DNA from: a virus
Lineage: Duplodnaviria; Heunggongvirae; Uroviricota; Caudoviricetes
Length of the DNA: 43,165 nucleotides
Reading direction: 5' to 3' (one strand)
Virus record (IMG/VR): IMGVR_UViG_2541047954_000002
Location: 1 to 43,165 of that record
This document shows, one piece after another, positions 16,905 through 26,260 of the stretch. The notes below the pieces were generated by a model. The model was not told the origin of the DNA and did not search any database. It worked only from the letters and a program-made list of their open reading frames with translations. The translations under genes were made by a program, and so were the position numbers. Numbering within the stretch: position 1 is the first letter of the stretch; each line of letters starts with the position of its first letter.

Positions 16905-17619
16905 GTTAATAAATGGCAATGCCATCAAAATGACAAGCATTGAAATCGCTGAGTTGGTGGGTAAGCGTCATGACAATGTGAAACGTACCATCGAAACGCT
17001 GGCTAAAAATGGTGTTATCCGGCTTCCTCAAATTGAGGTTTCCGAAAGAATCAATAACTTAGGGTTCAATGTTCAGTACGAGCATTACGTCTTCGAAGGC
17101 GAACAAGGTAAGCGAGACAGTATTGTCGTTGTTGCCCAGTTGTCGCCGGAATTCACCGCTCGCCTTGTTGACCGCTGGCGAGAGCTTGAAGAAGCTGCGG
17201 TTAGTATCCCCAAAACGCTACCAGAAGCGTTGCGCCTTGCTGCTGATCTTGCTGAGCAGAAAATGCAACTGGAAAACCAGCTCGCAATTGCCGCACCTAA
17301 AGTTGAGTTTGCCGATCGCGTTGGCGAGGCCAGCGGAATTTTGATTGGAAACTTTGCAAAGGTTGTCGGTATTGGTCCAAACAAACTGTTTGCGTGGATG
17401 CGCGATCACAAAATCCTTATTGCTTCAGGTTCCCGGCGCAATGTGCCAATGCAGGAATATATGGATCGCGGCTATTTCACAGTGAAAGAAACAGCGGTCA
17501 ACACAAATCACGGAATACAGATATCGTTCACCACAAAAATCACCGGGCGTGGTCAACAGTGGCTGACCAGAAAGCTGCTCGATAACGGAATGCTGAAAGT
17601 AACAGGGGAGGCTGCTTAA
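16897..17619 (+). CDS. Antirepressor-like protein: N-terminal Rha (pRha) domain + C-terminal KilA-C/AntA-type domain, 240 aa
   Basis: N-terminus resembles Rha-family proteins (compare the 20865..21401 gene); C-terminal half resembles phage antirepressor KilAC domains. Confidence 0.65.
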   Translation: MNELINGNAIKMTSIEIAELVGKRHDNVKRTIETLAKNGVIRLPQIEVSERINNLGFNVQYEHYVFEGEQGKRDSIVVVAQLSPEFTARLVDRWRELEEAAVSIPKTLPEALRLAADLAEQKMQLENQLAIAAPKVEFADRVGEASGILIGNFAKVVGIGPNKLFAWMRDHKILIASGSRRNVPMQEYMDRGYFTVKETAVNTNHGIQISFTTKITGRGQQWLTRKLLDNGMLKVTGEAA

Positions 17620-17909
17620 TGGCTAACCTACGCAAAGAAGCGCGCGGCAGAGAATGCCAGGTACATATTTACGGCGTATGCAATGGCAATCCTGAAACTA
17701 CAGTTCTGGCACATTACCGGATGGCTGGAATTTGCGGAACGGGGATGAAGCCTGACGACCTGATCGGCGCATGGGCTTGTAGCGACTGCCACGCGGAGAT
17801 CGACCGACGCACCCATAATCTCGACAACAAAGACGCCAGACTTTACCACCTCGAAGGCGTGATCAGGACGCAGGCGATACTGCTGAAGGAGGGGAAGATT
17901 AAACCATGA
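17619..17909 (+). CDS. nin-region Cys/His-rich small protein (DUF1364-like), 96 aa
   Basis: C...C...H and CSDCH motifs; located immediately upstream of rusA, as commonly seen in lambdoid nin regions. Confidence 0.45.
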   Translation: MANLRKEARGRECQVHIYGVCNGNPETTVLAHYRMAGICGTGMKPDDLIGAWACSDCHAEIDRRTHNLDNKDARLYHLEGVIRTQAILLKEGKIKP

Positions 17910-18268
17910 ACGAATATCAGTTTGTGCTTCCATACCCGCCGTCGCTGAATACCTACTGGCGAAGACGGGGAAGCCAATACTACATCAGCGATAAAGGCCA
18001 GAAATACCGAAAAGACGTTCAGCAAATCATCCGCCAACTCAAGTTAGACATTTTCACCAAATCACGACTCCGCATAAAAGTCATCGCAGACGTTCCAGAC
18101 TCCCGCCGCCGCGACCTCGATAACATCCTGAAAGGTTTACTCGACTCCCTTATCCATGCCGGATTTGCGGAAGACGACGAGCAATTCGATGACATTCGCG
18201 TAATTCGTGGTGTGAAAGTACCAGGCGGACGGCTTGGAATAAAAATCACCGAACTGGAGAACGTATGA
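17906..18268 (+). CDS. rusA: RusA Holliday-junction resolvase, 120 aa
   Basis: RRRDLDNILKGLLDSL...AGF..DD catalytic aspartate motifs and overall similarity to RusA; occupies the ninG slot. Confidence 0.85.
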   Translation: MNEYQFVLPYPPSLNTYWRRRGSQYYISDKGQKYRKDVQQIIRQLKLDIFTKSRLRIKVIADVPDSRRRDLDNILKGLLDSLIHAGFAEDDEQFDDIRVIRGVKVPGGRLGIKITELENV

Positions 18269-18453
18269 ACGCCACAATTCAAACGATACCAGAGCTTCTT
18301 ATCAAGACACGAGGCAATCAGACCGAAGTGGCGAGGATGCTTTCCTGCGCAAGAGGAACGGTGCTCAAGTACAACCGAGACAGCAAAGGCGAGCGTCACG
18401 TAATAGTTAACGGCGTCCTGATGGTCACGCCAGGCAAAAAGGGAAGACGATGA
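18265..18453 (+). CDS. ninH: NinH-like protein, 62 aa
   Basis: KTIPELL...GNQTEVARMLSCARGTVLKY...IVNGVLMV parallels lambda NinH. Confidence 0.7.
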   Translation: MNATIQTIPELLIKTRGNQTEVARMLSCARGTVLKYNRDSKGERHVIVNGVLMVTPGKKGRR

Positions 18454-18968
18454 GCATAAGAGAGCTAAATCTCACCAAAGAACAGCACGAGTGGCTGAAT
18501 GGCTGGCTTGAACTGTGGGGCGCATGGGTTTATTCAGGTCGTCTGGAAAAGCGCATGGGCAGCGTAATAGCGAAGTTCATGGAGAGCGTAGAGCCGGGAA
18601 GAGTTATGACAAGGCCAATGTGTAATGATGATGATGGAATGTTGATTTCTCAGGTCGTCGATTCCGTCATGTACATTGACAAGAAAGCCTTTGGCATCCT
18701 CCTCAGCTACTACGCTCATGGTTCATCTAAGCGAGCAATTGCATCCTACTATCACGCGACTGCAAAGCCACGCAAGATGTGTGGACGTGGTGGCGAGGGA
18801 TGGAGAAAACCTTCACTGGCAACCTGTAGAAACGAAATTGACGACATCCTGAAAGCATCGTTATTTGTTTTGTACCAGCCAATGCAAAATGCTTTCAAAA
18901 TGCGTAAACGTGTTGAGAAAGTTAAGCATGTTGCTGTTAAAAGCCTTGACATGCAATTATCCATTTAG
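18450..18968 (+). CDS. Late-gene antiterminator Q-like protein, 172 aa
   Basis: Last gene of the nin operon, directly upstream of a pR'-like promoter, terminated leader and the lysis cassette; family identity not verified. Confidence 0.55.
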   Translation: MSIRELNLTKEQHEWLNGWLELWGAWVYSGRLEKRMGSVIAKFMESVEPGRVMTRPMCNDDDGMLISQVVDSVMYIDKKAFGILLSYYAHGSSKRAIASYYHATAKPRKMCGRGGEGWRKPSLATCRNEIDDILKASLFVLYQPMQNAFKMRKRVEKVKHVAVKSLDMQLSI

Positions 18969-18975
18969 CCATAAT
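18946..18975 (+). promoter_or_regulatory. Candidate late promoter pR' (-35 TTGACA, 18-bp spacer, -10 CATAAT)
   Basis: Near-consensus sigma70 hexamers overlapping the Q stop codon. Confidence 0.4.
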
Positions 18976-18987
18976 TAGAAGGTAAGC

Positions 18988-19030
18988 TGCCGTTAGTGAC
19001 TCTTAAGTTGCAACGGTGGCTTTTTTTATT
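18988..19030 (+). terminator. Candidate tR'-like terminator of a short leader transcript
   Basis: Palindromic segment (CCGTT...AACGG / GTTGCAAC) followed by GGCTTTTTTTATTT. Confidence 0.35.
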
Positions 19031-19031
19031 T

Positions 19032-19106
19032 GGGTCAGTCGTATAAAGGTCATTACGGAAGGCTGTTAACCTTCTTATCGTGGTTCGAGCCCACGCTGTC
19101 CCGCCA
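19032..19106 (+). tRNA. tRNA gene, anticodon GUU by hand folding (tRNA-Asn-like), encoded CCA
   Basis: Hand-folded cloverleaf: acceptor GGGTCAG/CTGTCCC (one mismatch), anticodon stem GAAGG/CCTTC with loop CTGTTAA, T-arm CGTGG-TTCGAGC-CCACG, 3' GCCA. Confidence 0.5.
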
Positions 19107-19111
19107 AACAT

Positions 19112-19187
19112 GCTGGTTTAGCTCCAATGGTAGAGCAGTCGCCTTGTAAGCGAATGGGTAGCGGTTCAAGTCCGTTAACCAGCACCA
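19112..19187 (+). tRNA. tRNA gene, anticodon UGU by hand folding (tRNA-Thr-like), encoded CCA
   Basis: Perfect 7-bp acceptor GCTGGTT/AACCAGC, D-arm GCTC..GAGC, anticodon loop CTTGTAA, T-arm AGCGG-TTCAAGT-CCGTT, 3' ACCA. Confidence 0.65.
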
Positions 19188-19428
19188 TAACTGAGCCGTA
19201 GCCACTGGCTATCCTGAATTCATCAGTGATAGTTACGCTGCGGCCTTCTCACATGACCTTCGTGAAAGCGGGTGGCATGAGGTTGCGCTAACAACCTCCT
19301 GCCGTTTTGCCCGTGCATATCGGTCACGAACAAATCTGATTACTAAACACAGTAGCCTGGATTTGTTCTATCAGTAATCGACCTTATTCCTAATTAAATA
19401 GAGCAAATCCCCTTATTGGGGGTAAGAC

Positions 19429-19752
19429 ATGAAGATGCCAGAAAAACATGACCTGTTAGCCGCCATTCTCGCGGCAAAGGAACAAGGCATCGGGGCAATC
19501 CTTGCGTTTGCAATGGCGTACCTTCGCGGCAGGTATAATGGCGGTGCGTTTACAAAAACAGTAATCGACGCAACGATGTGCGCCATTATCGCCTGGTTCA
19601 TTCGTGACCTTCTCGACTTCGCCGGACTAAGTAGCAATCTCGCTTATATAACTAGCGTGTTCATCGGCTACATCGGTACTGACTCGATTGGTTCGCTTAT
19701 CAAACGCTTCGCTGCTAAAAAAGCCGGAGTAGAAGATGGTGGAAATCAATAA
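19429..19752 (+). CDS. S: Holin S (lambda S107/S105 dual-start), 107 aa
   Basis: [77 protein letters not shown]... matches lambda S. Confidence 0.97.
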   Translation: MKMPEKHDLLAAILAAKEQGIGAILAFAMAYLRGRYNGGAFTKTVIDATMCAIIAWFIRDLLDFAGLSSNLAYITSVFIGYIGTDSIGSLIKRFAAKKAGVEDGGNQ

Positions 19753-20212
19753 TCAACGTAAGGCGTTCCTCGATATGCTGGCGTGGTCAGAGGGAACTGA
19801 TAACGGACGTCAGAAAACCAGAAATCATGGTTATGACGTCATTGCAGGCGGAGAGCTATTCACTGATTACTCCGATCACCCTCGCAAACTTGTCACGCTA
19901 AACCCCAAACTCAAATCAACAGCAGCCGGGCGTTACCAGATTCTTTCCCGTTGGTGGGATGCCTATCGTAAGCAGCTTGGCCTGAAAGACTTCTCTCCGA
20001 AAAGCCAGGACGCCGTTGCGCTGCAGCAGATTAAGGAGCGTGGCGCTTTACCGATGATTGATCGCGGTGATATCCGTCAGGCAATCGACCGTTGCAGCAA
20101 TATCTGGGCTTCACTGCCGGGCGCTGGTTATGGTCAGTTCGAGCATAAGGCTGACAGCCTGATTGCAAAATTCAAAGAAGCTGGCGGAACGGTAAGAGAG
20201 ATTGAGGCATGA
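19736..20212 (+). CDS. R: Endolysin R (lytic transglycosylase), 158 aa
   Basis: [35 protein letters not shown]... matches lambda R. Confidence 0.97.
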   Translation: MVEINNQRKAFLDMLAWSEGTDNGRQKTRNHGYDVIAGGELFTDYSDHPRKLVTLNPKLKSTAAGRYQILSRWWDAYRKQLGLKDFSPKSQDAVALQQIKERGALPMIDRGDIRQAIDRCSNIWASLPGAGYGQFEHKADSLIAKFKEAGGTVREIEA

Positions 20213-20646
20213 GCAGAGTAACCGCGATTATCTCCGCTCTGATTATCTGCATCATCGTCTGTCTGTCGTGGGCTGTTAATCATTACCGTGATAACGCCAT
20301 TACCTACAAAACCCAGCGCGATAAAGCCACGTACATCATCGCTGACATGCAGAAGCGTCAACGTGATGTAGCAGAACTCGACGCCAGATACACAAAGGAG
20401 CTTGCTGATGCTAACGCGACTATCGAAAGTCTCCGTGCTGATGTTTCTGCTGGTCGTAAGCGCCTGCAAGTCGCCGCCACCTGTGCAAAGTCAACGACCG
20501 GAGCCAGCAGCATGGGCGATGGAGAAAGCCCAGGACTTACAGCAGATGCTGAACTCAATTATTACCGTCTCCGAAGTGGAATCGACAGGATAACCGCGCA
20601 GGTTAACTACTTGCAGGATTACATTAGGACGCAGTGCTTAAAATAA
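20209..20646 (+). CDS. Rz: Spanin inner-membrane subunit Rz, 145 aa
   Basis: N-terminus [34 protein letters not shown] as in lambda Rz; coiled-coil periplasmic domain. Confidence 0.9.
   Translation: MSRVTAIISALIICIIVCLSWAVNHYRDNAITYKTQRDKATYIIADMQKRQRDVAELDARYTKELADANATIESLRADVSAGRKRLQVAATCAKSTTGASSMGDGESPGLTADAELNYYRLRSGIDRITAQVNYLQDYIRTQCLK
20402..20593 (+). CDS. Rz1: Spanin outer-membrane lipoprotein Rz1, embedded in the +1 frame of Rz
   Basis: Signal peptide with lipobox LVVSAC followed by a Pro-rich mature region; fully nested within Rz. Confidence 0.75.
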   Translation: MLMLTRLSKVSVLMFLLVVSACKSPPPVQSQRPEPAAWAMEKAQDLQQMLNSIITVSEVESTG

Positions 20647-20688
20647 TTTTAATTTCACTGAAATTTAACAAGTGACTTTCAGGAAAAT

Positions 20689-20713
20689 GCCTCGCAGATG
20701 CGGGGCGTTTTTG
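20689..20713 (+). terminator. Candidate rho-independent terminator after the lysis cassette
   Basis: CCTCGCAGATGCGGGG hairpin followed by CGTTTTTG. Confidence 0.45.
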
Positions 20714-20864
20714 TATAGGTATTTCACCGCGCACCGCAGCGCACAATAACCACCGAACCTGACCCTTTGGAATGGGCCTTTGAGGATACCAGTTAGTGCT
20801 GGCGAGCCTCGGTGGGCTGGTTTCCTGTGCGGCAAAGGTTCATTTCGAAGTAGCAGGTAACGCC

Positions 20865-21401
20865 ATGAATGAATTAATTGTGAATCATGACTTTGACTTT
20901 CGCCAGTTAGTTACCGCAGCAGAAGGTCAACCGGTAACTGACACCTTCCAGATCGCAAAGGCATTTGGTAAGCGTCATGCGGACGTATTGAGGGCGCTGA
21001 AAAATTGTCATTGCTCTGAAGATTTCCGGAGAGCGCATTTTTGCGTTGCCGAAAAAATCAATGACTTAGGGATTTTTGACAAGAAACAGATTTACTACCG
21101 CATGGACTTTAGTGGCTTCGTTATGCTGGTCATGGGATTTAATGGCGCAAAAGCCGACGCTGTTAAAGAGGCCTATATAAATGCCTTTAACTGGATGTCT
21201 GCAGAACTCCGTAAGTACAGCGAAAGTTATGAAGCAGAACGCAACGCCATAATGCTGGAGTATATGAAAGAGAAGGATGTCGCCAGTATGTCTGGCCGCC
21301 TGCTCAATCGCTGGGGAAAAATTAAGAAGCCTCAGCTACTGGCGAGAATTGAACGCCTTGAACAGCACGGGCAAACCGTAATCCCCGGACTCACTAATTA
21401 A
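20865..21401 (+). CDS. Rha-family phage regulatory protein, ~179 aa
   Basis: N-terminus MNELIVNHDF...FGKRHADVLRAL parallels the Rha domain of the 16897..17619 gene; located between the lysis and packaging genes. Confidence 0.65.
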   Translation: MNELIVNHDFDFRQLVTAAEGQPVTDTFQIAKAFGKRHADVLRALKNCHCSEDFRRAHFCVAEKINDLGIFDKKQIYYRMDFSGFVMLVMGFNGAKADAVKEAYINAFNWMSAELRKYSESYEAERNAIMLEYMKEKDVASMSGRLLNRWGKIKKPQLLARIERLEQHGQTVIPGLTN

Positions 21402-21547
21402 CAGCAGTACCACGAAGCAACCCAAGCCAGTAAGTGGGGAAATAACACTGGCAGCCACTGAAAGATGAACCTCCAGCCTTATGGCAAAAAAGATTCTTTG
21501 TGGTGGCGGACTGATGGAAAGACATCCGCTGAATCGATGATGAACAA

Positions 21548-21733
21548 GTGGAAGAGGTTGCGATGGTTTCAGTAAACAAAGATCCGAAGGAAGGCGTTGA
21601 ATACATCACTGGTGCTGATGGTGTGAAAAGGCCAATGGCTTATTACAAAGCGGCTGAAGAGAGGGCAAGAATGGAAAATCCCCCTAAATGCGGATCATTT
21701 TTCGACATGCTGGACCTTCAATGGAAGTTGTGA
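21548..21733 (+). CDS. Hypothetical small protein, 61 aa
   Basis: ORF followed by a hairpin plus T-run at ~21745..21767. Confidence 0.35.
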   Translation: MEEVAMVSVNKDPKEGVEYITGADGVKRPMAYYKAAEERARMENPPKCGSFFDMLDLQWKL

Positions 21734-21872
21734 ACAACTAACAGGTCGCTCAGGCGGCCTTTTTTATTGCCATCACAAAAGCCATTCCCTACAGAGTGGC
21801 TTTGATAATGGCTTATACCCTACACGGGATAACTTAACTGATATCCCTTTTAACGGATAAACGGAGCCAACA

Positions 21873-22115
21873 ATGGCAGAGATTATTCCCATGACTGAAG
21901 AACAGAAATTCCAGTTAGAGATTTACAAACTGGTCATGAACCAGAACGCAGCCGCAGAAGAAGCATTTCAGTTCATTGGCACTGACGAGCTGAAGCTTGA
22001 GTTATTCAAAATTCACTTCCAGTCAGGCGGCGCTAATTCAGATATCACGACCCGCACAATCGAAGCGGTGCGTAAATCGAAGGAAGCGTTAGACCTGTTC
22101 ACTACCGGAGCATAA
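21873..22115 (+). CDS. Hypothetical small protein, 80 aa, upstream of the terminase genes
   Basis: Intact ORF tightly linked to the terminase small subunit gene. Confidence 0.4.
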   Translation: MAEIIPMTEEQKFQLEIYKLVMNQNAAAEEAFQFIGTDELKLELFKIHFQSGGANSDITTRTIEAVRKSKEALDLFTTGA

Positions 22116-22117
22116 AC

Positions 22118-22558
22118 ATGGCGCGCCCAACAAAGTATCAAGAGGCGTATGCCGAACAGGCACGCAAACTGTGCTTGCTGGGCTACACCGATGCAGAGCT
22201 TGCTGATTTCTTCGAAGTCAGTGAGTCAACTATTAACAAGTGGAAGCTTGATTATCCTGAGTTTTCGGAGTCCATAAAAAAGGGTAAGGCCGTCGCTGAT
22301 GCAGAAGTTAGTGATCGTCTTTATCAACGCGCTATGGGCTTCGTGGCTCCAGACATCGATATTCGTGTTATTGAAAACAGAATTGTCGAAACTCCGCTTG
22401 AGAAGTATTACCCGCCTGATACAACCGCCGCCATCTTCTGGCTTAAGAACCGACAGAAGGATAAATGGCGCGATAAGGTTGATCACGAGCTAACAGGCAA
22501 AGACGGCGGCGCAATCCAGATTGAAACATCACCGATGAGCACTCTATTCGGAAAATGA
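22118..22558 (+). CDS. Terminase small subunit (HTH-containing), 146 aa
   Basis: Immediately upstream of and overlapping the terminase large subunit; N-terminal HTH-like segment. Confidence 0.6.
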   Translation: MARPTKYQEAYAEQARKLCLLGYTDAELADFFEVSESTINKWKLDYPEFSESIKKGKAVADAEVSDRLYQRAMGFVAPDIDIRVIENRIVETPLEKYYPPDTTAAIFWLKNRQKDKWRDKVDHELTGKDGGAIQIETSPMSTLFGK

Positions 22559-23970
22559 CCTCGATTAATCCTATCTTTGAACCGTTCATTGAGGCGCATC
22601 GCTATAAAGTCGCCAAAGGCGGTCGAGGTAGCGGTAAGTCATGGGCAATCGCGAGGCTGCTTGTTGAAGCGGCGCGTCGGCAGCCGGTGCGTATTCTCTG
22701 CGCTCGTGAACTGCAAAACAGTATCAGCGATTCGGTAATCCGGTTGCTTGAAGACACCATAGAGCGGGAAGGGTATTCGGCTGAGTTTGAAATTCAGCGT
22801 TCAATGATTCGTCATCTCGGAACGAATGCTGAGTTCATGTTCTACGGCATCAAAAACAACCCGACGAAGATTAAATCGCTCGAAGGCATTGATATCTGCT
22901 GGGTGGAGGAAGCGGAAGCGGTAACGAAGGAATCATGGGATATCCTGATACCAACCATCCGCAAGCCATTTTCCGAAATATGGGTGAGCTTCAACCCGAA
23001 AAACATCCTCGACGATACCTATCAGCGATTCGTAGTAAACCCTCCCGATGATATTTGTCTGCTGACGGTGAACTACACCGACAACCCGCACTTTCCTGAA
23101 GTTCTCCGTCTGGAGATGGAAGAGTGCAAACGCAGAAATCCGACACTGTATCGTCACATCTGGCTTGGTGAGCCGGTAAGCGCAAGTGATATGGCAATCA
23201 TCAAACGTGAATGGCTTGAAGCCGCAACCGATGCGCACAAGAAACTCGGATGGAAAGCGAAAGGTGCGGTTGTTTCTGCGCATGACCCGTCAGATACAGG
23301 GCCAGATGCTAAAGGTTACGCATCGCGTCACGGTTCGGTGGTTAAGCGCATTGCCGAAGGTCTGCTGATGGACATCAACGAGGGTGCTGACTGGGCTACT
23401 TCGCTGGCGATTGAAGACAGCGCTGACCATTACCTGTGGGATGGTGATGGCGTCGGTGCGGGGCTACGCAGACAGACAACGGAAGCATTCTCCGGTAAGA
23501 AAATCACCGCCACGATGTTCAAGGGCAGTGAATCGCCATTCGATGAAGATGCGCCGTATCAGGCCGGAGCATGGGCTGATGAAGTCGTACAGGGCGACAA
23601 CGTTCGCACTATTGGTGATGTGTTCCGCAATAAGCGAGCGCAATTCTATTACGCGCTGGCTGACAGGCTGTATCTGACATATCGGGCGGTTGTCCACGGT
23701 GAGTATGCAGACCCCGACGACATGCTGAGCTTCGACAAAGAAGCGATAGGCGAGAAGATGCTGGAGAAGCTGTTTGCAGAACTGACGCAGATTCAGCGCA
23801 AATTCAATAATAACGGGAAGCTGGAGCTTATGACTAAGGTCGAAATGAAGCAGAAGCTCGGTATCCCATCTCCTAACCTGGCTGATGCGCTGATGATGTG
23901 TATGCATTGCCCGGAGTCGGCTGCGCAACCCGACTATTCCAGTTACTCAATTCCTTGTGGTGTAGGTTGA
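22555..23970 (+). CDS. Terminase large subunit, 471 aa
   Basis: Walker A-like VAKGGRGSGKSW, Walker B-like ICWVEEAE, C-terminal nuclease region; position before the portal gene. Confidence 0.9.
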   Translation: MTSINPIFEPFIEAHRYKVAKGGRGSGKSWAIARLLVEAARRQPVRILCARELQNSISDSVIRLLEDTIEREGYSAEFEIQRSMIRHLGTNAEFMFYGIKNNPTKIKSLEGIDICWVEEAEAVTKESWDILIPTIRKPFSEIWVSFNPKNILDDTYQRFVVNPPDDICLLTVNYTDNPHFPEVLRLEMEECKRRNPTLYRHIWLGEPVSASDMAIIKREWLEAATDAHKKLGWKAKGAVVSAHDPSDTGPDAKGYASRHGSVVKRIAEGLLMDINEGADWATSLAIEDSADHYLWDGDGVGAGLRRQTTEAFSGKKITATMFKGSESPFDEDAPYQAGAWADEVVQGDNVRTIGDVFRNKRAQFYYALADRLYLTYRAVVHGEYADPDDMLSFDKEAIGEKMLEKLFAELTQIQRKFNNNGKLELMTKVEMKQKLGIPSPNLADALMMCMHCPESAAQPDYSSYSIPCGVG

Positions 23971-23971
23971 T

Positions 23972-26170
23972 ATGGCAGAAAAAAAGATGACTGACTGGCA
24001 TCGCAAGGTGCTGTGCAACTTTGATAATGCCTGGTCAGCAACGCAGGATATGCGTGAGCAGATTATTGAGGCTCAACGTTTCGTCCGGGTGTCCGGCGCA
24101 CAGTGGGAAGGCAGCACAAACGCTGGTTACTCATTTGATGAAGGCAGGTTTGAGCATTACCCGCGCTTTGAACTGAATAAGATTGCCCGTGAATGTGATC
24201 GCATCATTGGCGAGTATCGACAGAATCGCATCAGCGTTAAATTCAGGCCGAAGGACGATAAGGCATCGGAAGCGTTAGCCGAAAAGATGAACGGCAAATT
24301 CCGCGCTGACTATCAGGAAACATCCGGTGGCGAAGCGTGTGATAACGCATTTGATGATGCTGTAACGGGCGGATTCGGTTGTTTCCGCATGTGTGCCGAT
24401 TACGAAGATGAAATGGATCCGAGTAACGAGCAGCGCCGCATCAGCCTTCTTCCTGTTTACGACCCAGCGACATGCGTCTTCTTCGATCAGGACAGCAAGC
24501 AATATGACCGTTCTGATGCTATGTGGGCTATGGAAATGTTCTCCATGACGCCTAAAGCGTTCGAGACTGAATACCCTGATTCCATCGCGGCAAGCCTTTC
24601 TCGTGATGACACTGGCACTCAGTATGACTGGTCAACGCCCGATGCCATCTATGTTGGACGCTACTACGAAGTTCGCATAGAGAAGGTGAAGCTCACGGCG
24701 TGGCGCAACCCTGTTAGCGGAGAAACGGCAATCTATGATGAAGAGCAAATCAAAGATATTGTTGACGAGCTGACCGATGGCGCATTCGAACTGATTGGCG
24801 AGCGGACAGTGAAGAAACGCCGCGTTTATTGCGGCCTTCTGTCTGGCGCTGAATGGCTGGAAGAACCGAAGCGTATTCCGGGCGAACATATTCCTCTCAT
24901 CCCGGTATATGGGCGTCGCTCATTTGTTGATAATCAGGAGCGAATCGAAGGCCACGCTGCAAAAGCGATGGATGCACAGCGTCTTGAGAACCTGATGGTT
25001 TCCATGATTGCAGATAACGCTACTCAGGCTGGCGGTGATGGCATTCCTATCGTGGATGTTGATTTCATTCCCGGTCCATTAATGAATCACTGGGCAGAGA
25101 GGAATAAGAAAAGACCAGCAGTTCTTCCCATGACCAGCAAGAAGGACAAAAACGGAACGGTCATTTCAGAGGCTCAGGTTGCTGGCTGGACGCCTCCGAC
25201 ACAAATGCCTCCAGCTCTTGCCGGGCTATTGCAGTACACCGGAACGGCTATTCAGCAAATTACAGGTGCTTCGCAGCTTGAGAACATGCCGAGCAACGTC
25301 GCCACCGATACCGTTGATAGCATTTTTAACCGGATGGACACGCAGTCCTATATCTACATGGACAACATGGCTAAATCCATGCGTCGCGCTGGCGTTGTGT
25401 GGCTTTCTATGGCGCGTGAAGTCTATGGCAGCGATACGCCGATGCGTATCGTTAATGAGGACGGCAGCGATGACGTGGCGCTGATGACTGGTGAAGTGGT
25501 TGACCGTCAGACAGGGCAGGTTATCGCGCTTAACGACCTTTCGCAGGGTAACTATGAAGTGACTGTCGATGTCGGTCAGTCGTTCGCTACTCGCCGTGAT
25601 GCAACGGTTAAGTCGTTACTTTCCATGCTGGCACTTATCCCGCCAGGAACGCCGAAGCATGACCTTGTATCGTCGATGATTCTCGACAATATGGACGGCG
25701 AAGGGATGGACGACCTGAAAGAATACAACCGCAATCAGTTGCTTCTGTCTGGCGTTATCAAGCCGAGAACGCCTGAAGAACAGCAAATGGTTGAGCAGGC
25801 GAAACAACAACAGGCCAGTCAGCCAGATCCGGCTATGGTTGCTGCGCAAGGTCAGCTTCTTGCTGGTCAGGCTGAATTGCAGAAAGCGCAGAACGAACAA
25901 GCAGCCATTCAGGTTAAAGCATTCCAGGCACAGACGGATGCTCAGGTTGCTGCGGCAAATGTTGTGAAAATCCTCGCATCTGCCGATAGCCAGCAAAAAT
26001 CTGATATCCGTGAGGCGCTGAAACTGCTCGGACAGTTCCAGCAACAGCAAGGAGATAATGCCCGTGCTGATGCAGAGCTTGTCCTGAAGAGTCAGGCGCA
26101 GGGCCATGCGCAGCGCATGGACATCAACAGCATCCTGCAAAAATCAACTCAGCAACAACCACAGCAGTAA
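23972..26170 (+). CDS. Portal protein, P22 gp1-like, 732 aa
   Basis: Segments YYEV...GEHIPLIPVYG, TPEEQQMVEQAKQQQ, DPAMVAAQGQLLAGQAELQKAQNEQ parallel remembered P22 portal including the Gln-rich C-terminal barrel. Confidence 0.9.
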   Translation: MAEKKMTDWHRKVLCNFDNAWSATQDMREQIIEAQRFVRVSGAQWEGSTNAGYSFDEGRFEHYPRFELNKIARECDRIIGEYRQNRISVKFRPKDDKASEALAEKMNGKFRADYQETSGGEACDNAFDDAVTGGFGCFRMCADYEDEMDPSNEQRRISLLPVYDPATCVFFDQDSKQYDRSDAMWAMEMFSMTPKAFETEYPDSIAASLSRDDTGTQYDWSTPDAIYVGRYYEVRIEKVKLTAWRNPVSGETAIYDEEQIKDIVDELTDGAFELIGERTVKKRRVYCGLLSGAEWLEEPKRIPGEHIPLIPVYGRRSFVDNQERIEGHAAKAMDAQRLENLMVSMIADNATQAGGDGIPIVDVDFIPGPLMNHWAERNKKRPAVLPMTSKKDKNGTVISEAQVAGWTPPTQMPPALAGLLQYTGTAIQQITGASQLENMPSNVATDTVDSIFNRMDTQSYIYMDNMAKSMRRAGVVWLSMAREVYGSDTPMRIVNEDGSDDVALMTGEVVDRQTGQVIALNDLSQGNYEVTVDVGQSFATRRDATVKSLLSMLALIPPGTPKHDLVSSMILDNMDGEGMDDLKEYNRNQLLLSGVIKPRTPEEQQMVEQAKQQQASQPDPAMVAAQGQLLAGQAELQKAQNEQAAIQVKAFQAQTDAQVAAANVVKILASADSQQKSDIREALKLLGQFQQQQGDNARADAELVLKSQAQGHAQRMDINSILQKSTQQQPQQ

Positions 26171-26260
26171 TTAACCCATAACGTGCAATGGCTGTCTTTA
26201 TGAGGCCTGGCACCCTATTGCCTTCCGATGGGCTGAACATCGAGTAAACAGGGGTAAAAA

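Noticed and set aside
19190-19428. Possible third tRNA downstream of the two called tRNAs
   Set aside because: No acceptor/T-arm combination forming a cloverleaf could be found by eye.
19413-19637. Minus-strand ORF (74 aa) overlapping holin S
   Set aside because: Antisense to a near-identical lambda S gene; shadow ORF.
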